From contig JAAEQR010000072.1 in NCBI GenBank assembly GCA_024231215.1, positions 257,210 to 321,209 of the forward strand: a stretch of 64,000 bases of DNA. The letters run 5' to 3'. The stretch is from PVC group bacterium. GTDB taxonomy: Bacteria > Omnitrophota > Gorgyraeia > B26-G9. Below the pieces are notes generated by a model, which ran no database searches, had not been told where the DNA came from, and was given only the letters and a program-made list of their open reading frames with translations. Shown piece after piece: positions 48,701-51,362 of this stretch. Position numbers and translations under genes: made by a program. Position 1 is the first letter of the stretch. Every line of letters starts with the position of its first letter.

Positions 48701-50941
48701 CTTAATGATTATATTATGCAAACAATTAATGAATTGGGTGGGGAAGCTATTTGGAATCGAGAGTATGATGTAAACGAAGGACGTTTTTATATCATTATGC
48801 CATTAGCTATGCTTACTGTATTTAGCGGGTGGCTTATGATTTTGTTTGACTTGACTCCGTTTGTGGGAATTAATGCTATTTTTTGGAGTATTGGAATACT
48901 TGCAAATCAGATACTTACTTTTCATGGACTTTTAGCTTATTTAAGAAAAACAGGATACGTTGCGCTAAGTGCAGCAGTGTTTGGAATTATCGGGATGGGG
49001 CTAGGATTTATGTCCGGTGGCATGCTGGGAGCAGTAATTTGGGGAATTGTTGGTCAGTTGTACGGAGGTTTTATTGTTGGTTTTAATGCTTGGATGTCTA
49101 AACGTATTCGAGATGCGGTTCTTTTTGCTTCGCGGGTGAACATTGAGACTTTTGCCCAGATAAAAGGACATATAGGAATTAATTTCGAATTTAAGCTTTC
49201 GGGTAAAGGTGGGGATAGTCCAGCTGTCCCGTGGATTGGTTTGTCGATATTCTATAATCAAAAAGCCAAAAAATTACAATTTATATCCATATGGAATCAA
49301 GATGAAAATAAAAAGGAAATAGATATAACTAGTTTGAATTTTATAGTATTTGTTGGTGCAGTTATTTCTGTGATTACTTTTTTAGTTATTCCGAAGCTTT
49401 CATTGTTAAACGTGATAATGACAATCCTTGGATTGATTTTTATTATGGGTATACCTATGGGACCGTTTTTAATGAAGCGAAAAATTGGAGAACATAGTCC
49501 CATAGGTGAGTTTATTGGAAAGAATATAGTGGGTTTTGGTGGCGGAGCTTTATTTCTTACGGCAATTTCTCTACTGGGACGGCATGGGGTGATGAGTGGA
49601 TTTGACATGTTGGTTTCCGGGGCGGGATGGCTATTGATGATTGCGGTGAATGTAATTCCAATAATACGAATAATTACTCAGTGGCAGTTTAGGGATGTTC
49701 CGGAAGGATCCATAAGTATTAATACATTTAGAGATCCTGAAACTGTAAAGAAGCTACACAAGAAGAAGGTCGATGAAATTGCTCGTAAAAAAGCTAAGAA
49801 AAATGCTAAGTTTAAGGTCAAAGAAATTACTCATAGACAAGCTAAGAAAAAGGCTAGGTTTTTGGAATGGCTATATCTTAGCAGGGATGCTAGAGTTACT
49901 TCTGAAACAGCGCGTGGTTTCTGGTGGGCGATGATTACTTTAAGTTGGTTTATACTTGTTCCTAGAGATGCTGTGATTACTGCGTCTTTTGGTAAATATA
50001 TGTCAGCTTTTCCCATTGCATTAGTAGTTAGTATTGTTACAAAGGGAATAATATATATAATTATAAGTGTATGGTTAGGTAAATTTGTTGAGGTTATCCA
50101 GACTCGTTGGTGGATTGCGAAATCTAATGCTTTGCGTCGGACAATACTGCCGTTAATTGAACAAGCTGTAAATTCAGGTCGTTACACGTATACTTTGAAT
50201 GAAATATTGACGCGTTTTCCTGCTATAGATAAAGGGATAAGTAATCGATCCTTCCGTCAGGTCAAAACGGCATATAGAGACATTCATAGGATGTTGAACG
50301 AATATGATAATCGTAATATACTTGATAATTCAGAGATAATTAAAATAAATGCTCTCGAGTTTTATAAAGTAGATACTAAGACAATTGTTGCGTCTCCTAA
50401 GGTGATGTCTGCATTAATTGGGATTACAGCGTTAATGGGATTAACTTATATAAATTATCAATTTGGATTTGAGGGAGTGGTTATCGGCATTCAGGCTTTT
50501 TCTAGAACGTTAAATACATTCGTGGCTCAACTGCCTTTCCAAGAGGGATTTGTTGCGCAGAATATCCATTGGCTTATAACTGCAGGGAGCGCGCTGTTAG
50601 GTCTTATCATTATAAGGTTAAGGAGAAGGTTCTTAAAGGCTGTCAGGGGTAGAAGCAAAGAGGATCTATTGGGAGGGGTGATGCCATATTTAATAAAGGG
50701 AAGGAACAAAGCTCCTAAAAAATCTTCACCTAAAAATGCTATAGTATCAATTCTTGAGGCATTTTCATCTGCTGCTCGGAAGAGGCAGGCAATAGTTAAG
50801 CCAACAGTTACTTCTTCAGATGAAAAATGGATAGAAGGAGAAGAATCAAAGGAACGTGGTTCTCCTCTTTCGGGGTTAATTAAATTAGATGATAGAGAAG
50901 AAGCAGTTCAGGAAAGTTTGTTGATTGAGGCTGCGATTTAA
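18749..50941 (+). CDS. Giant 10,730-aa multidomain membrane protein (SecA-like ATPase, TM bundle, barrel-like region, TolC-like repeats, glycosidase-like domains, GT2-like synthase)
   Basis: Single uninterrupted ORF with SD AAGGTG. N-terminus ILVQAF...HLSP, C-terminus LIEAAI*. Domains are listed separately. Confidence 0.92.
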   Translation: MVTRIFHSIVYCGHKLLHICSVVLLQLSRRTAKGTPPEASVARLASAQHFVSSRRQYHEIPELRANRKYKLWFRIVSAILVQAFLVMDIAMASGGDLSWLKTPKNLSRSESKISHLSPTTKIDKGVFRNSVELWSALAIAMNSPDNEELRKPYGISVVDAHNRIMSITMEKEVLFIYRLDDAPIAFKLNPVLETTTNKMRLGEFELATVPIEEVVEVGGDLLGYERIITSQEFAERLDALNSAPEFNEEEALELVRQMILAAGITGEIKTIGRDQYAKWKPEKWDVQKEATKLMYKGCVVNMPTSAGKTIVFNATGILRNLANRLQKDKKREVTIVHTEENLVERDAMQASKVNQKFKMTTGYVISQDGERKAYIDKNGEMEETTEQDLYKNADIVYIHVYNFVHRFQADCYTAKKTEDIALLWGQQTYFMAFDEGDVPLKHHMSTPSVLSGGNDLIEGIRKMRLHFAKKTMQIQEIVDELIQGDLLDPVTGKASNNYCEVHKDSKTVNLTPNGKDWLRAKLEGVKEYTENRNTEMGDFDLWLDFTELALSAYRCYKMGVDYKIKADANGNNQIVIIDKDTGMELPGRRWSHGVDIAVRLKENRQGTEKLEIKPDQMIIASMMLPEILSSQLGLVSGISAASATIGEDTAQMYDIKWKNLSDRTEESKREERIVVSSDQKTSEQHALDMIEVLKAGSKVKDYMQKWGMPDKDKTGAVIIRCDSEPEGAKFTDELIQKTTLGQRNILRIKRDGTIVDANGEQIKGASLQNLDSLIANDSIDNILIDFSSGNQNMFTDLTGEKKLKDKIATLSKDKRVIIVSTNLVGRGVDFKGDNMVCISLSCDIAEESEIQLKGRVARDGRKGYFFGFWSIQDEVFVKYKKLIPDSRMHFSTKVKDGKTHIFTLTNDPKKSVESERHIVGMRDVINDHIQQMRREQKKFGESLWDPGDDSGHKKGFAKEFVENRYRVLVRGLQGVGIPELDDILGELYYKCAQIEGEKGDVDPVTLVEILENDFGVSGFSEEEAQSVLNNNDYNLERSLHQILTELLQAKTLDVLDQEWKSFITQADWIKHRLEKEPSRKEQRGKVQAQQIYEEIKNKIAKSYAQTQKTIKERLAKEVIYQAAAFAGKLPTDKELADSKNEREKEQEKDKIPLMDRAKLFLVKFIPSAVVMSLSIMTAVGIGYVFKILSVEGVKGVAALPIAGNIFAWFLGLGPIILVTVTISTILIAWALNSHIKRLSQVDSTIGEMAEIVTQASEKKISEIGIVSAKSTLRKVLTVTATFAPFVAAMTLFSFIASVPFVGVVTVPILASAVSGVIGIVSASLLLFLSRKELKIAPTVPVGAGAQFMRGLISGTITVLTVGAFLWVSSSVLTNPVAWGLIITLASSFIANRIFRKATKVPSSNILLPLLGFVTGISLGLGIIFGVVPLLGASVLKTLPGAMASGAMKGQGVLQILAYMASMLFSFKLVKFTLAQWKLSEKIAREPIVADGQPVVDVSKQKRLAYLTRAYTLNARMVMMGLGAVVTLALLFNTGWLAFLVNLGIPIWISRVVAAFPVFAGAIFIAFLTRNILGARKKVFNYSYLSKRRVWNFVSQSVINKGNSWSFLTIQAQLERVGLKTLSEHITVGIDDFKERVADSKHALGLAHGILNNMAQNSGINEKDKLMQLFLTELQNSEPGDGRFFSQKEIDSIISQMIARSHDKLLSKKQRRVFRKAMTAVLVEMDLAKVGLARLLHIVKDQENIDKFLDSLLMPTMGVPMLATAPIAAVVSQSQQESSPYDKCKIDVKDISKDVQDYYVSLAEKAFRVSSVSADDTTAFALDYDWAQRMKSFQSEMRITRAEQQAGDEFAGRMEAAHQKIKKADSEKERIEARLELTRVIQEAGLSVIKNIDLSPEESKVLEQVTQKLEVITTLISIRENMARATYDFNQWREREATEDEIVQYEKESTKTMAELQAVFVKKAKSANIDPESSTDAIIEQRKNIIDSLDKISAYIIMRKNEIKTADEEILSLKMDNRDLKLLRQAEDALDKTEEAKASDRDQTLSPNKTVESDKAQSAPPPKEESSQRPVDGIIVKPVREEDESFAGGVSRGFFNQGASLRDISEILKSQDTSAAETFNALINLGEGQSAKKVVIAMQEEGGYSEEVTFSVAVDVLMVNRGFSIEETTMMLSDPIVSGQNMSPEQMRKSKLIAKLLHDKDANNQDQLRKALDMLLLLPGQLNVTKMPRQFDEFLNLTPRLDENHLKDKIAGLRSKLDNGQKITEKDVAEAHEIAQAALKTFALTQKAQERKQLKKADKVISPEDKIKQKTSQDDSAGLSEYITEELTKSISGRKILKKSAKGIEYFILVSKELRYLISAIRAYHSDDIKRAEENLTNMFKLAFSNKEARDLVFEVLDDIDYVTAKGKEIYSARSVKGEDKDALIKELVEKITAGREHFKVYYDNLKTILQISAREQGNEEQLRQQLEIPVRDILKHYFAEQETRQYILKILDKADIVGSKEKKAFAKIDNVTDRNAFIDKTTAMIITDLASPEKLKKMKEALSTVDDLIIARQLEKLISTDTKKADAVATSTPAEIAVETATHMLPPNLAEGYNQIAKQLGLKTLAVPEDFLGLPIYKPTIQAIETAEKGITTIAKKIQPVLPKIEPQGKENWEMQDLLVIDNLRKLLQGGQDSTGSLIQTGKLEESPEVQAAKARLREAIARYEELDKAYSAVNREYNRYFGMIQSGKYFMSLKKAVIEQNAVAKLKLQLQKLKEVDRKFRETEKQFIEDSIADLDEKIKGLSGPDSAIVVNDKMLQEALAKLEEQIKQTEEDIKSAGITMQKLRISLADWEQAKQDIRAGEEINLAKLLGMVEESDRTYARNKLQALVADIAQLDAEKGRLSIDPNRTLIMTNGQINANLEVVGQAELDERVLGLMIADSTKQWTVYRWGNRLSLTQFEGAQTIKLQHFVFGQDAQSISEREKMFRDAFRYWSSQIEWAESDIKYLRHDRFNDPSLSEEEKAIILRQVENLEDKMQFAVDTIEDLKEDQKYWDPSKLTVDKSFAEKKRLSERKLGFVQKKVVFFNDLIPLLKDMRDFDFNQATEGRTYWQTEIDEKTAELGLIETELTALQDQLNVDPNNTTLRQQIEIKRHQVSNVLLYIEYAELSRVSAESNLRYIGSLGGTENKSKVIERFETVAKAGEDYYSDTVDLLNEMLSNQTLVIDTATAYWQNIRTESTQRLEEISGYLDPNNTATLALDHPDNLFNEAGIAVSIDQRISFQIKVLDPNNTEKDAQGNYISAAKSKEQALKEQAIYRQRIQAEVAKPEEERDENHESLLSLWKTEIAKRNIYMRNADLQVKKANIYLGTLALLKTAYQAEENSLGVLIPLVRKELDTLAKNKEYLLGTSSESPESLVDRNISLINDELAFYPIAREAAVRKLEWLEKTKKDAAIILGEISPENQIIADDLAKEHEATKQELEKQLAKIQEAIQEINEEISKAEGWLGKLNDKDHDVLIRLRETMETRLNILEDTIRQKGKLLYQSNLLKESQRQIASEMAELRKLGVLDIAVANIGEEQKDSFPMVLDKNSLEKLVRNILNDPNRPQDLVKAAAGDLSLDNAKGILQKVGLHLKRFSFGEDYYIVTHIASGEYQEMYLRLGNFFGSGEHVKISPFIYTVMADEPRRGAEGIGLVMDVDPQNMPIHYGLIVDVYKPKYQEVGYDYTLTEEKTRLMITQDYTMLMVPEQDDKGKPTGEYKAFLGATMFADMPMNMKFQEDISSFGGSVRGDLKLTEAFKLRADLSAILLRDPYDENFEWQFGDLMFPDSIKKYKASVQGQEMQLLSERLALEVDMWKLLKKEGKKDEFTMQFFLQHEDNTEGYTQTSFGAGLTKAFAWKLVQPIETKVVLEGAVGSETEDIKIGIDNRIGGDDGVDVSLSAKLRGENRSYLAKVSKDVFGVNMAVTYGDEYGRGEPVFGFEAGQTVSKETVIADSIDARDAGKDIERITADASELANSEDLLTSSLLYTLKNDTEFYETLLGAQENIVAGFSRWVSVIEARYGGSIDTDEVESKIKKLFSIDLGVNVIVKKTGTKTGDDLALVQLKRAIEQSRLTVKQAMNSLTKAYVDMVNAKTSYDKINVSRLQEIINASDSEQTREKLSYLITKAETEWELNKAIFIRLTGMSEVEVDIILNDLPKVETEADVLKVEEAMKKQIELMKSNWLPLMENIEIRAELKQKSWIRKILSLAPIKKIVVGFSPSETALQLDDFGLSMSIPITVYEDGAEKKARQLPIPVEEKLLRLEYKEYVRKSQFITGTIGDKIKLVDNTLNGLREREPLLIDQLGESVEAYNHKIDASEAAIWNNLDESIIAFLGNVDLVFTNIRYQTELENEQKYHESLVVKTTSTEIKDEAVSTGIKETELNKIYRRYIAPADLELTKAKDKLEMVQEIQRSGSGWFSKLEIDVGPRISAGKSIWPLKTHIVIDRAHKQRAEKRTWETLSEEEKTALVDGELKARFLIAYLDYTDALKTVNALTDLETDVLPSGIQANYRAYDDFIEKKGTLNYFLGQPYDAEITLDIPTSEVQAELEDFFGPDFDKDKLEEDLAKVKILILNSELKIMQAGGKMRLDIPLSEIVASISSSNPAPITWWLGMKTFNWATDIFSKSKKMTEVMQRRLVEDELKKAKAELKLTVYAGETAKAKALSDARYAKSVYEKVRARIGTHVHAVTDIADRPHKTRGSPQDRSIASLIASAVEHHPEVITAVHNLEAAKDGVFSTVPSMKQLRFQDTGMRMDSNLYSGVMEFLPQEQDTYYNDQQRIQLEIKAAESIFYAAVDKARAEVTSFIYQLALINDVSDALGIKESESILAAQKSSVERQLKEMANIDPEAKLVITDIDEISLQAFDYSGTDIDKLSFSINGIPEIEAVDARINQQVIVVNNVLRSLGHLTPTAAMAHVSDEEVNDFAAQKYFAIPNAAEIAQRISGPIYNMLQEGLKRDKLTNNLSREIETSLQDLTAVMKRYKQSKQTMLSFYREYMASVRQLKEKKISEPEMLAALEQFKNYLNVYLDNVKTYQNRFHYLNALLSTAGIDTDSLEADTETWAMGVQPRFLTSIENIGVDESDQNRLPAEGDVQTQLGAIRSKVTDKWNNIELKVYGDRKVTVQNISRKYQQIFQAYPQIVNAVMTKGDYMAITEDFVGNQLIPFYKEVLELVYDEEGTPYEVREEILELVGREEVIKFKVLLRDNPPEIAKAVLVEDTIKEVFNRYLVIINALAKDKALSFGQKAELQDEIAALRQRQMVSPVYEKYEINKQQIVEQISAESQKWKAGEYKPEVSKERELSDEEIMPKESMDLQTLFENTIQKIQSGLRHHALNNRLMREKTDVAIVDWEKGKRYSVLKGSQDHPELLFDSVEKYEEYLDRQGLRMEFYTEISKYQTADPEGRGRKLSEWELRGLEKEGISYQVFIVDQEGEVFGRAVFSRDLLKKKQDKKLAYINAQKEQADQMRNAEYAVQMQAHPDYPGMWNQTVKAWKASEIVPLINLETKLPQLNNRGFAILYLQPINEDGTYQKDAQTGKQIRLELGAYRYIQGKLIEVSPAEEDVIFIVKSTIKDNNPETGDKVLFGIKSIEREIAMTTYGEYLAVLNVRNLANSIKAGQVWKNFETLMPIFGATTNSYQAVGQARVGFNLWMALSGLGLPETPNIDDVADFFKQKWGTGKYQGEYDEAYELEYQQFLKFITKSPDYKDPGYKEKVYDYLNKEQQLNTKHNIAYGKWVLFTADALAESTGKTRDDDGLLRGMFAYFRGTELNVNTLVGDVFNIKDAEGKKYYGKGITKNTEGWGRLFTGHGLTFDTAPLIDVAFTDKTIGDLGIEDLLKNYVFGYPEFGSEEDQREYLDRLMNSYNFDMKLKKTANPFGRVSQDKDASKKANLQKIADLKLDQFHMSIYISRTPVLNSKTGEIEVEESIVIPGLLGFEARQKELVRNLENARLYEEGIRSKGLVIEKSSGSSAPILIQQIVKRDEQDQISRQDTYDFLSSRMNSQSGTITEYHQFATGKGPSVQSGRGTLYGNALVGGVLDLAGARRERQVITDYFTDTQSLHVYRQDSNAKGKTKSVFVGLADMFNPDSYTGEKVEEYATTGPILHDTLRKLREFKKTDDEKYLNSALINYGAVKERQDTNGGVVKGVERDDLRDAEERHHLIQSGEENITFLRVLRETRDILKNKLKDRTLKDKKMYERLLRDVESRLEQGLSFIYTQLYNKETNEFSRGLQFVDGKWQRDNVLAIDVLNLLILEDGADNVAYNIGRQILGAKASNEEVMQTGMMHLLEMWDKKERPVERGGTLVTDTVTLADGRKVTVTLHDVTDQASRGDRKAAVFVEQALIDASAHLQMANDLRAIAQDSTDSRFREEMLKRAEAEMEAYKQHIADCDKLAVRVKDRGVGYPYATRSGIKPFADSVWVVPEHFANTSATAWAFFAKSGYNLFTHEILDGALETRYVDTNNISPIMHKISNAYNGSYDKKLMPGKDDITGKNNIELAVKKLEELMRKQASGKVPSIHDDYLVAFDAKAGIYWYWQVTSSPKGIPVRRLVEVTMIADEASLKHDLENLSLSYEYAQLINKAQAENKFALELTTDDGKPFRLPDGRPAVLLNPELFFKKLDQVDRMPDRQQKQIERRGWILAGELGEALGTDDDTPIRMRSIFPLGDWQRTRINPKTGVEETVFNTKGKGLTKVVNDVFTTTIRYNEIGNILGSVSVHNTTGETLRESIAVGQNVEKEKIAFEVSIPVLGQSSREIFGPDSSDPIWEITDTGIKLNALGDFGIKSADIWHQEGTLDNPTRGILGWHEATVNRDLQNHELTVHRTNLLNDKEKDTTFDLTYLGREKKVASIGENRVNSKYYEDTYYAGLIPQMVEVDGLKTGNRLGYVEIENYDRRTRNTTGRYFDVIKINGFNTEKTAFEDVKNGPFTRMIWSHRFEAPIKIQTSQRVTDLKHNKYETEYLAAKRCGKTGEIVEISKGEYNKQRQQWGDQTQVYHRFVAEGDSNNIIERKQTKISGIYGYTMDTFVDDLLEGSPSSIRYIPAYNDDSYEIGLNAYLKDDTGKHGIKFHDYTDYIWNNNFLARTVDSGTSFVHTAVMDGEGRNVREIRGNYKVKVVNKTGFEAGTNRPLKSAMFVNEKEWMSFEYGKTDPKTKVQRVTVVPVDWGLVHTEDYRIGDIFARPFNIKYEDGSEVFVDKWVEYRNIPLLAHTVNRYGRTVQRSELDSFPVEEGLNLSKNSIYEVSLFDKETVQSAKAFIMGTPVPYYLLDDFDKTYMDMRKSYESPYYTIDTRGDFGRTMMLDNQDLIENVVSIYKSELDLYKGENSSDLVNGEDVLQVLKVDFDGKKRDKATQTIYDRLANPLEEKTGHFVVKKTARVYNAENILNDEIDETAFSQRAVIAYNQGLLQKDVEGDYNIYRFVPVRTDVKFKKAVDYKVNYDQKYRDVITGRMVYRSIRSSDLSFTPRSLEGGDSGDPFIAWLPEFTTENYIYHSSNPWMRNIHNPYWVSQDVVSYRINYGVEFDGNGVVLNIAKSSSDFLPITVKGRQMFIGDIPWQMRGVTFFSTVKGKQLDTEEYLTKADIWIEDIEKMALAGINTVRTSKPVSGNILNAFSVYGIKVIVGLREAEYEEYVEEFKGHASILTWDIIDEEDYPEDSDQRYRKLQQIAEHIHELDPDHPVSTVHDGLLEKKDLDIASAIDIWGINTSLWDNGGQIFSEWERMSDKPMYLSRIRMDSLDNRRLKPDQGGQAVAVYNLWKRIDENSSIYSADNVCLGVTYHSWVDELWRTGAPDQQNIGGEVDNVPYDGFTNIEYTGWNKSDGTTKDVYKLMQMVWTHIPMGTALADKSIPGVKINTKPTRETVYKDKIWYDHKGNNSLEIVDGLSPQGSPMARYSYTLPQSLPSLENSVTFVPVEEDREFTAVNLAISPDYLQGNDFLYFYTKDIENPSAEVVFIDAFGKQQVTVSENEKHMKLWVPISQNQVFVPGMDKMKEVVSVDSSRWDIKNKRLWVVSLARLKEVSELNDVHKLQVRIDGKTNKDSRISTIGVLGNSERDMDKVETTEVTRLSWGDGSTMIAALKDTEGRPRSIVQLLGRKHEYETLATSAKKWNALSLFTNKMQDPEVTIFSDPQKKDFSVSLWSPSGYKLSGILLSLKDKNNGSIVIKLAARNAFETQMVMDFELGYVQGDIPANIAYGTDDFVVFPIGKNPVIANMNSNIFNKINDFLQQRVDPTFKLTEEQKELIWHYSQAENMVKIVEQFPLADEAVSGNVPFYAYPEFENEIKSRVQPEKASDIINSESIKNILLRYVSDLEERLQAGQTPLVPINIGTYSKDNINTEDYVSTVDELESIVPMLVDLGMIKEAEMIVRFYIEEATQKGLYPVSDYYNRQTGEKEYFDAYSANVLPSSVTAKSQIALVNSCLMMMQVTGDAYYYKAAENTFDRLLEFNPQIKNAMHKKDDVSLWEKITQSQLVELSLDYLNRNVTVGGLTDLEPNLDMDYIGTRKKLPVQPDYYPTQTNNKAYLLLSKIKDMAEELPDMGDSFLQKAVWFESLQITWLKDNLFNRLEDSSQKGLIPDGIFDLYSSQGVEGADENYIKTLCPNPVANFASSKSTLEAALQAGYITSEEFKVIVDNLAKYFHKELELDGKKVNGLDSITRFIDRPDLIFLDNMVDLLNLVSKTGDKEVWDRISQTIDTYPLKDKMLPTVIAETDFSKGSVDSGIGFDSGYGISGRQFRVLPSAEDDRSPPSLKASIGYSFARLRDGYSPYSSKLEKEERFESERKKAIEYIISGRGNEGDFKLLLSPKKRYGGLFGIGSTLAATLIVKLVLTIIATVMSRKQRRINRLMKDSKYKGSTPVYKRKLIYTMLERYRKQVLKVVEGAHFKGVSVGKDKILSATEISTSFKATDAHIEGAFSNYLFVLRTLAMEWVRRKKDLGEEDDALLVSDPFLDSVDELTLMLGLFIRQEIVKGEDIQIQGKIEAYLQHYVVQLRHILHKRDIASKEGNPMDMDKLDSQFQRIIADLGIPNFGDNPVASSQVVPYIDREQRRYVINYYAIASRDIAQARRNLAKTRQDFTKQKKILKEKEATVLSSQMAPEKKEQMLAEQRSVVVSAEIKLDRERIEYEKFKERWRLEEANKLGKERQERFEENFLPRFEQFIKEEKLTSIAPAIMEPAMFLDRFVMLSLTSIISAVTFISYTAPLVALKISFLNAFGAWSLPFLISIAGVLVFNTVREYLALLNHDRIDNTPRGKVLSYATGIFLLISGIVIGQMMQVTYLDMALIKWLGVFVIIAESLNLIMPQLFMPVYAWVKDSVLLIFKVPYALFQAIFNPQYYIKIWKENKLFKEFFPTVNKLNPAERSSHSLLGISAYYHFKPGLVLADMAIFDKKSYEGLSNSKKAVKFAANLVQTIGSMRNIFVYILYYVAIFFVAAYFGQDHNIYGWFVTRFEAGEIHKVFFGLTSYVILSQYLASFAIFMFLTVKMSIIKSLVEGFRYNVWYRFTKYTLTDEVNDKVENAKKVLKNDGEPKYFAIMNFGGQSMVPPSFKLARKWKNVEKGKKAAIQNLLDHIDIHLQAKTQGLMTLLKTYNLLGDSPRRTKECVYEVLDALISREMEEKTTLFDLIQLNNTQLPEDLQVTASTDKKDKHCADNVAIGYYLRLYLTEMTGASGNMSCAANLVAKAIKVNELGLSKYARFIISHNKYKYAPGTDNPTNLFDQHSGEEIVEIAQRDKLKKLISIISGGAYVAGEKEAGEVHYTWTHFGMKSAGMSSIFLSKIVSDTKWFFVEDRDATIPDTARWLSDGATMIGDENIAIMIANRDTSWHYHPTSEASFLVEQGFCSTGAKKTSTGWGNLKRETWGEALTMISYPDSPVMPLTGRTGKVQKQEGIGFWNRLYNNLFGLIGFIPNAMGQSEDRWAAHETAHTQIAMGGNPRYVMSKGIWNKLRETSFATPWTQAPVRWSAGRLQGLNDYIMQTINELGGEAIWNREYDVNEGRFYIIMPLAMLTVFSGWLMILFDLTPFVGINAIFWSIGILANQILTFHGLLAYLRKTGYVALSAAVFGIIGMGLGFMSGGMLGAVIWGIVGQLYGGFIVGFNAWMSKRIRDAVLFASRVNIETFAQIKGHIGINFEFKLSGKGGDSPAVPWIGLSIFYNQKAKKLQFISIWNQDENKKEIDITSLNFIVFVGAVISVITFLVIPKLSLLNVIMTILGLIFIMGIPMGPFLMKRKIGEHSPIGEFIGKNIVGFGGGALFLTAISLLGRHGVMSGFDMLVSGAGWLLMIAVNVIPIIRIITQWQFRDVPEGSISINTFRDPETVKKLHKKKVDEIARKKAKKNAKFKVKEITHRQAKKKARFLEWLYLSRDARVTSETARGFWWAMITLSWFILVPRDAVITASFGKYMSAFPIALVVSIVTKGIIYIIISVWLGKFVEVIQTRWWIAKSNALRRTILPLIEQAVNSGRYTYTLNEILTRFPAIDKGISNRSFRQVKTAYRDIHRMLNEYDNRNILDNSEIIKINALEFYKVDTKTIVASPKVMSALIGITALMGLTYINYQFGFEGVVIGIQAFSRTLNTFVAQLPFQEGFVAQNIHWLITAGSALLGLIIIRLRRRFLKAVRGRSKEDLLGGVMPYLIKGRNKAPKKSSPKNAIVSILEAFSSAARKRQAIVKPTVTSSDEKWIEGEESKERGSPLSGLIKLDDREEAVQESLLIEAAI
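18755..18935. mobile_element. ~181-bp palindromic MITE-like element inserted in-frame just after the giant gene start codon
   Basis: Terminal arms ACTCGAATATTTCATAGTATAGTC (18755-18778) and GACAATACCATGAAATACCCGAGT (18912-18935) are reverse complements at 20 of 24 positions. Central CGTACC-GCAAAG-GGTACG hairpin. GC is higher than the flanks. Confidence 0.7.
19640..22100 (+). other. SecA-like ATPase domain within the giant protein
   Basis: Collinear SecA motifs: MPTSAGKT, ENLVERDA, ADIVY, FDEGD, TPSVLSG, VDYKI...IVIIDKDTG...GRRWSHG...LKE, STNLVGRGVD, QLKGRVARDG, LDQEW. Confidence 0.85.
22220..23460 (+). other. Bundle of ~10 transmembrane helices following the SecA-like domain
   Basis: Consecutive hydrophobic segments from FLVKFIPSAVVMSL to FPVFAGAIFIAFL, counted by eye. 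Confidence 0.75.
29580..33960 (+). other. Outer-membrane-type modules: beta-barrel-like region (~29580-30640) and TolC/OEP-like repeats (~30950-33960)
   Basis: Alternating-hydrophobic strands (FGGSVRGDLKL, FGAGLTKAF, VDVSLSAKL, VFGFEAGQ). OEP-like signatures ASAVEHHPEV..A...LEAAK, PEIEAVDARINQQ and LNYFLG. Confidence 0.5.
37080..38150 (+). other. (alpha/alpha)6 glycosidase-like domain, copy 1, homologous to the C-terminal domain of 62185-64000
   Basis: EEYATTGP/EYIVHSGP, NGGVVKG/QGGVCGG, SGEEN/STEQN, YNKETNEFSRG/YNHKLKRFNRG, LAID/IATD, VFVEQ/VSVEW. Confidence 0.65.
38800..41350 (+). other. Beta-rich YD/RHS-like region
   Basis: Recurring Y-[DN]-x-x-G-like turns (IRYNEIGNI, MDGEGRNV, IYDRLANP, YRDVITGRMV). 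Confidence 0.35.
41420..42300 (+). other. Clan GH-A (GH2-like) TIM-barrel domain, probably catalytically inactive
   Basis: GINTVRT, GIKVIVG, IHELDPDHPV, DIWGIN and WVDELW align with the downstream GHs. GNE is changed to IDE and TEYG to SRIR. Confidence 0.75.
43750..45100 (+). other. (alpha/alpha)6 glycosidase-like domain, copy 2 (more degenerate)
   Basis: EAEMIVRFY, DYYNRQTG, QVTGDAYY..AA, YYPTQTN, SLKASIGYSFA...GYSPY occur in the same order as in copy 1. Confidence 0.5.
46300..50630 (+). other. Multi-TM processive GT2-like glycosyltransferase (beta-glucan/cellulose-synthase-like)
   Basis: GMKSAG (KAG-like), EDRD (DxD), GQSED (TED-like) and QAPVRWSAG (QxxRW-like), flanked by many TM helices. 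Confidence 0.65.
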
Positions 50942-50978
50942 TAAATATTTTCAGGAAAGGCAAAGAAAGGCAAAGCTC

Positions 50979-51335
50979 ATGGATAATATTCAAAATAAAA
51001 GGCAATGTAAGAGAGGGCAGGTTCAAGATACTTCTGTTAGTCTGAGATCTCTAGACCCTTTGGTATGGTTTAAATTCTGGGGAGGTTCTGAGTGTTGTGT
51101 GCGCGATATAAGCCTTTTAGGGGTGGGATTGTGTTGTGATGAAAGGCTTCCGGTTGGGACCAGATTAAGCATTGATTTGAGGTTAGGTCGAAGGGAAAGC
51201 AATATTCGTATTTTTGGTCGCGTTGCTTGGACGGAAAAAACAAGAGATAATTACCGGGCGGGAGTGAGATTTTCTTGGTGGAAAGATGACCAGGATAAGA
51301 AAATACTAGACGATTTTGTAGAAAAATTGAATTGA
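50979..51335 (+). CDS. Stand-alone PilZ-domain protein
   Basis: NKRQCKR (RxxxR), RDISLLG (DxSxxG) and GRVAW...YRAGVRF. Confidence 0.85.
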   Translation: MDNIQNKRQCKRGQVQDTSVSLRSLDPLVWFKFWGGSECCVRDISLLGVGLCCDERLPVGTRLSIDLRLGRRESNIRIFGRVAWTEKTRDNYRAGVRFSWWKDDQDKKILDDFVEKLN

Positions 51336-51362
51336 GTAAATTAAAAAATCCCATCGAATGAT

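Noticed and set aside
18749-50941. Giant ORF as a product of stop-codon recoding or a collapsed repeat
   Set aside because: It is open in the standard code, neighbouring genes end in TAA, TAG and TGA, and I see no long internal nucleotide repeats. Read support is still unchecked.
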